In this document: positions 8,507-12,001 of the stretch, in pieces
Position numbering within the stretch: position 1 is the first letter of the stretch
Layout of the letters: every line of letters starts with the position of its first letter
Made by a program: the position numbers and the translations under genes
Notes under the pieces: model-generated
The model's database searches: none
What the model saw: the letters and a program-made list of their open reading frames with translations, nothing else
What the model was told of the DNA's origin: nothing
From: an uncultured archaeon
GTDB lineage: Archaea; Asgardarchaeota; Thorarchaeia; Thorarchaeales; Thorarchaeaceae
DNA: 12,001 nucleotides
NCBI GenBank assembly: GCA_964648855.1
Contig: CAZYLT010000009.1
Span: forward strand, 96,968 to 108,968
Reading direction: 5' to 3'

Positions 8507-8536
8507 ACTATATGCTGTAAATTCAACATGCGCTAC

Positions 8537-8588
8537 GCCCCTCGTAAAGAATTCTTCTATTCTAGAGGGGCAAATTACTCTTTTTCTT
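8537..8588 (+). terminator. Putative stem-loop with T-rich tract after the polyproline membrane protein gene
   Basis: GCCCCTC (8537-8543) pairs with GAGGGGC (8565-8571), with an inner AGAAT/ATTCT stem, followed by CTCTTTTTCTT. Confidence 0.45.
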
Positions 8589-8691
8589 GTTAATAGAGCC
8601 ATGTTCCTACGCTGGGTGTTCCATCCGCCAAATGCTAATATGTAATCGTGTTTTTCAGAATACCCAACAGACTAGGGATGGGACTGGTCAA

Positions 8692-8982
8692 ATGACAGTA
8701 TTAGAATATAAAGACAGCAAATTTCATGAAACATCGAATGAGCCGATGTCAGGTGTTACCCTGAAGGTAGATGATCAAGCAAAGAAACTGATACTTACAA
8801 TTCCAAATGATGTAAGTATGATTCAGCGTCGTGCTGCTGAGAGAAATGCTAGGGGTATCCAGAAGACAGGCTATATGACGAAACGAGGCGCGAGCATCGG
8901 AAGGGGGTACGAATTAGTTATCGAGGGCACCGGTGGCGGTCTCCCTGATAGGCTCAAACAATCTCCGAGAGAAGTCTACTAG
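8692..8982 (+). CDS. Small protein, putative single-domain gelsolin/cofilin-superfamily (Asgard ProGel-like) actin regulator, 96 aa
   Basis: Start reassigned to ATG 8692. Pattern: beta hairpin (VLEY...FHE), strand LKVDD, strand KLILTI, long basic helix SMIQRRAAERNARGIQK, strand YELVIEG, tail LPDRLKQSPREVY. This matches my recollection of Asgard gelsolin domains and was not verified by search. Confidence 0.6.
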   Translation: MTVLEYKDSKFHETSNEPMSGVTLKVDDQAKKLILTIPNDVSMIQRRAAERNARGIQKTGYMTKRGASIGRGYELVIEGTGGGLPDRLKQSPREVY

Positions 8983-9071
8983 ACAATATTGTGACTTCTT
9001 TTCAGTAATCAAATACCTGGAGCCACAATCCTGATAATGCATAACAACAATGCTGTCCAAAAGGAGTAGAT

Positions 9072-10835
9072 TTGTCAATGTCAGAGAAAGATGTCCGTAG
9101 AATGATTGAAGAGGCCACTAAAGAAGCGATGAAACAGTCATTTACGGAGGCTGGGCAAAAATACATCGCAGCAGCACAAGCCTATGATGAAGAGGGAAAA
9201 TTCGATGAGGCTGATGATCTTCGTAGACAGGCAGCAGAGAATTTTGTCAAGGCTGCTGAGAAGTACAGGTCATCAAAGAGCTTCAAAATTGCAGCTCTAA
9301 ACATGTGTTACGCTGGAGACGTCTATTCTGAACTGGCATCGACCGATCAAGCTCTTTCTACCTATGAAACGGCTGCAGAGGACCTTTATTCTGCTTCATC
9401 AGAGCATCTACTGTGGGGTGAGGATGCGGAAACTAAGAAGGGCACTGCCTTAGCAATGGCCGCAAGCATGCTCTATCTCATGATTGGTGAGCAAGAGAAG
9501 GCATTCAAAAGCTCCCGTCGTTTTGCCGCTGAGCATGGATCCAAATTAAGGTTTCCTGGAGTTGTAAGGCTCAGTCAAATTCCTCAGATGATAGAGGCTG
9601 CAATCAACTCGGTTGATTTGGATGCTTTTTCAGACGCAGAACGCGCAGCAGTCACTGAACTAAAGGCTGCCCTCGCAAGTGCAAATGCATCTGAGTTCGC
9701 ACCCTATGTCGACAAAGGCATCGAAATGGTTCGCGAGATTCTTCGGGGAAAACTGAAGGTACCCAAAATCTCTGCTCATCTGGACTTGCCCATCGACATG
9801 ACGTTCACAGAGGAATTTCCGCTTCAGGCGAATATCATGAATAATGGCGATGGAAGTGCGTTAGACCTCTCCATTGAATGGTTCTTGGATGATGGTCTTG
9901 ATATCGTGTCTGGCAAAAAGACAATGAAGCTCGGAATTTTGAAGGCAGGAGATGGAATATCTTTAGAGTTGCATGCTCGTGCAACTGATGAGCTAATTGG
10001 AGTTAAGGAATATTCCATCATCTTACGTGGCTCTTACAAAGATAAACTCAACACCGAATACTCTTTGCAAGCAGGTCCTGGAACGTTGGTCCTAAAGGAT
10101 TTCAAAGAAACCGAGAAATTAATGCATGACATCGACCTAACAGAAGGACGCATGGGAATCCTTTCCACATCTCTTATTGAATCTCCATTTGAACAAGAAC
10201 CCCTTTCTCGGCTAATCAACCAAACTTCGAAGAGCTTGGCTGGGGCTCGAGAGGATGTGCAGGAAAAGAAACTGCCCATCGCAAAGGCAAAAATCGCCGT
10301 GGTTAACAACTTAGTCGACACGATTGACCAGATTATCGCCGATGAAGAACTCTCTCAAAATATCATAGAGCGGCGAGAAGCAGAAAAGAAAAACTATGCA
10401 GCTTCTGAGATTCAATCACTCCATGGTAAGATAGCCTCGCTTATCGAGAAGCATCAGGATTCAATTCTCTCTGAATCTGACCGGGCTCTTGAGCAGTGGG
10501 ACCGGAGAGTAGAGCAAAAGGAAGAATTGTCTAAGAAACTAAAACAATCAGTGGACCATGCATCAGAAATCATTCATGAACTTGATGGTATCTATGACGT
10601 TTTACCGACGGCCGCTTCTACTGATGATCCTGAACTAGCTAAAGAGCGGTCGAAGATACGTAATTCACTGGATTCCGCAAGGTCTGATTTATCTGCTCTT
10701 CAGACTCAGCTAGAAGAGGCTAGAATGCATTCAGCTCTAAAGGCTGATGAACGTCCCAGTACTGCACCAAGCATAGAGCTGGCTCTCAAGACTCTTCGTG
10801 CTTTGAGGGATGAGATTGAGAGCCTATTAGCATAG
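9072..10835 (+). CDS. Hypothetical multidomain protein: alpha-SNAP/TPR-like helical repeats + Ig-like (CARDB/BatD-type) beta-sandwich + C-terminal coiled coil
   Basis: SD AAGGAG at 9061-9066; start TTG 9072 or ATG 9078. Ala-rich paired helices (EAGQKYIAAAQAY, AAENFVKAAEKY, AALNMCYAGDVY, ALSTYETAAEDL). Ig-like signature LQANIMNNGDGSALDLSI...LGILKAGD...SYKD. E/K/Q/L-rich heptad region to the end. No signal peptide or clear TM. Confidence 0.75.
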   Translation: MSMSEKDVRRMIEEATKEAMKQSFTEAGQKYIAAAQAYDEEGKFDEADDLRRQAAENFVKAAEKYRSSKSFKIAALNMCYAGDVYSELASTDQALSTYETAAEDLYSASSEHLLWGEDAETKKGTALAMAASMLYLMIGEQEKAFKSSRRFAAEHGSKLRFPGVVRLSQIPQMIEAAINSVDLDAFSDAERAAVTELKAALASANASEFAPYVDKGIEMVREILRGKLKVPKISAHLDLPIDMTFTEEFPLQANIMNNGDGSALDLSIEWFLDDGLDIVSGKKTMKLGILKAGDGISLELHARATDELIGVKEYSIILRGSYKDKLNTEYSLQAGPGTLVLKDFKETEKLMHDIDLTEGRMGILSTSLIESPFEQEPLSRLINQTSKSLAGAREDVQEKKLPIAKAKIAVVNNLVDTIDQIIADEELSQNIIERREAEKKNYAASEIQSLHGKIASLIEKHQDSILSESDRALEQWDRRVEQKEELSKKLKQSVDHASEIIHELDGIYDVLPTAASTDDPELAKERSKIRNSLDSARSDLSALQTQLEEARMHSALKADERPSTAPSIELALKTLRALRDEIESLLA

Positions 10836-10852
10836 ATTGGGGTAGTGCATCT

Positions 10853-12001
10853 CTATTTCTCGTGCCCAGCCATGAATGTCTCCAGTCTATCCATTGCATT
10901 CTCTATCATTTGAGGCGGTGGCAGAAATACGCTTCTGAAATGTGCAGCCCCATAAGTCTTACAGAATCCAGACCCAGGAACAAAGACAACACCCGTTGAG
11001 TTCAGGACATCTAGGACAAAATCCTTGTCACTCTTCCAGCGATCCTTCAATTCGATTCTAGGCATGATGTAAAAGGCTGCTTGAGGCAGGCGAGTAGAAA
11101 TGGAATCAATTTCGTTTAGCCGTTTATAGATGAGGTCTCTTCTCTCTCGTAGTCTTGACATCATCTCTGGAATGTGTGAACCGTCGCTTCGAAGGGCAGC
11201 TGCTGCCGCGAATTGAGTGGGTGCATTGGTGCAAATCCTCACACGAGCTTGGCGAACCATTGCATCACGAAGTGACTCAAGCTCTTTGTCCTCGTCGTGG
11301 AAGTATGCATAGCCGACTCTCCAACCTGGGGCAAGATAAACCTTGGATATACCATTGAATCCAACAACAGGTACATCTCCTGCAGCTTTGACCATAGGCG
11401 TCTGGGGTGTATCGTATGTTAGCTGGTCATAAATCTCATCGCTGATCAGTGGCAATTCATACTCACCAGCTATGGCTGCAATCTCACTGAGTGTTTTTCT
11501 ATCATAAACTGCGCCAGTTGGATTATTCGGATTGATGACCAAAATGCCTCGGGTCTTTCCATTTATCTTACTCCGAATGTCATCTGTATCGGGTATCCAG
11601 TCGTTCTCTTCATCCGTTCGGTATGTGATGGGCTCTCCGCCGAAAAAGGTCACGTACGATATGTACGGAGGGTATGCTGGCCCAGGTACTAAGAATTCTG
11701 AACCCGGTTCAACCAAGGCTCCCATCAGGAACTGAATGGCCTCTGAAACGCCAGATGTGACAATAATCCTGTTTGGATCGACATCAATCCCATTCACTCG
11801 CTTCTCTTTGTCAGCAGCGGCTTTCTTTACCTCATCTTCTCCTTCAGATGGAGCGTAGCCATTATTTCGACTCTTCGTGGCTTCACATAGAGCATCTTTC
11901 ATGAACTCTGGAGTTTCCCAATCATACTTGTTCGGGTCTCCAATATTGAGGTAGAGTGGCTCCTTGTTCTCTCTCTTTTGGTATTGTTTTGCTGCAACGA
12001 C
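10853..12001 (-). CDS. PLP-dependent aminotransferase class I/II (alanine aminotransferase-like), 5' truncated by the window edge
   Basis: The frame stays open from 11902 to the window end (VVAAKQYQKRENKEPLYLNIGDPNKYDWETPEFMK...). Motifs LNIGDP, GYAPSEG, INPNNPTG, ISDEIY, PLP-lysine motif NGISKVYLAPGWRVGY, VPGSGF. Confidence 0.95.
   Translation of the reverse strand, partial: VVAAKQYQKRENKEPLYLNIGDPNKYDWETPEFMKDALCEATKSRNNGYAPSEGEDEVKKAAADKEKRVNGIDVDPNRIIVTSGVSEAIQFLMGALVEPGSEFLVPGPAYPPYISYVTFFGGEPITYRTDEENDWIPDTDDIRSKINGKTRGILVINPNNPTGAVYDRKTLSEIAAIAGEYELPLISDEIYDQLTYDTPQTPMVKAAGDVPVVGFNGISKVYLAPGWRVGYAYFHDEDKELESLRDAMVRQARVRICTNAPTQFAAAAALRSDGSHIPEMMSRLRERRDLIYKRLNEIDSISTRLPQAAFYIMPRIELKDRWKSDKDFVLDVLNSTGVVFVPGSGFCKTYGAAHFRSVFLPPPQMIENAMDRLETFMAGHEK

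Noticed and set aside
8587-8691. N-terminal extension of the 131-aa ORF
   Set aside because: It uses a TTG start inside a T-rich tract with no SD. ATG 8692 gives a compact, coherent domain.
8983-8992. Perfect palindrome ACAATATTGT right after the gelsolin-like stop codon
   Set aside because: Ten-base palindromes are expected several times by chance in 12 kb, and no second copy was noticed.
10098-10835. C-terminal coiled coil as a true SNARE
   Set aside because: There is no C-terminal TM anchor and no SNARE layer pattern I could identify by eye. It is kept only as a generic coiled coil.
426-11735. Other short ORFs (60-167 aa) nested in or antisense to the main genes
   Set aside because: They lie within or largely overlap well-supported CDSs and show no recognisable motifs.
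1-12001. CRISPR array, tRNA/rRNA, transposase, integrase or defence system
   Set aside because: No spaced direct repeats, cloverleaf-like segments, or recombinase/nuclease motifs were seen; nearly all the sequence is explained by CDSs.

Overview
Gene-dense archaeal window. Gene content and protein style suggest an Asgard archaeon, probably Thorarchaeota-like; this is inference, not a database result. The left part is a proteostasis block: the 5' end of an AN1 zinc-finger gene missed by the ORF track (minus strand, runs off the window), a FAD-dependent oxidoreductase, and an hsp20-cdc48/p97 pair behind a palindrome-rich, structured leader. A GH38 alpha-mannosidase-like gene follows, with several active-site residues apparently substituted. 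The right part is four co-oriented uncharacterised genes: a protein with a V4R-like C-terminal domain, a two-TM membrane protein ending in Pro7, a 96-aa single-domain gelsolin-like protein with a WH2-like tail, and an alpha-SNAP/TPR-like + Ig-like + coiled-coil protein. This block is the best candidate for an undescribed membrane-cytoskeleton/trafficking module. The window ends in a convergent, 5'-truncated class I/II aminotransferase. No CRISPR array, tRNA, rRNA or mobile element was seen. Fold calls for the hypothetical proteins come from motif recognition by eye and need HMM or structure confirmation.
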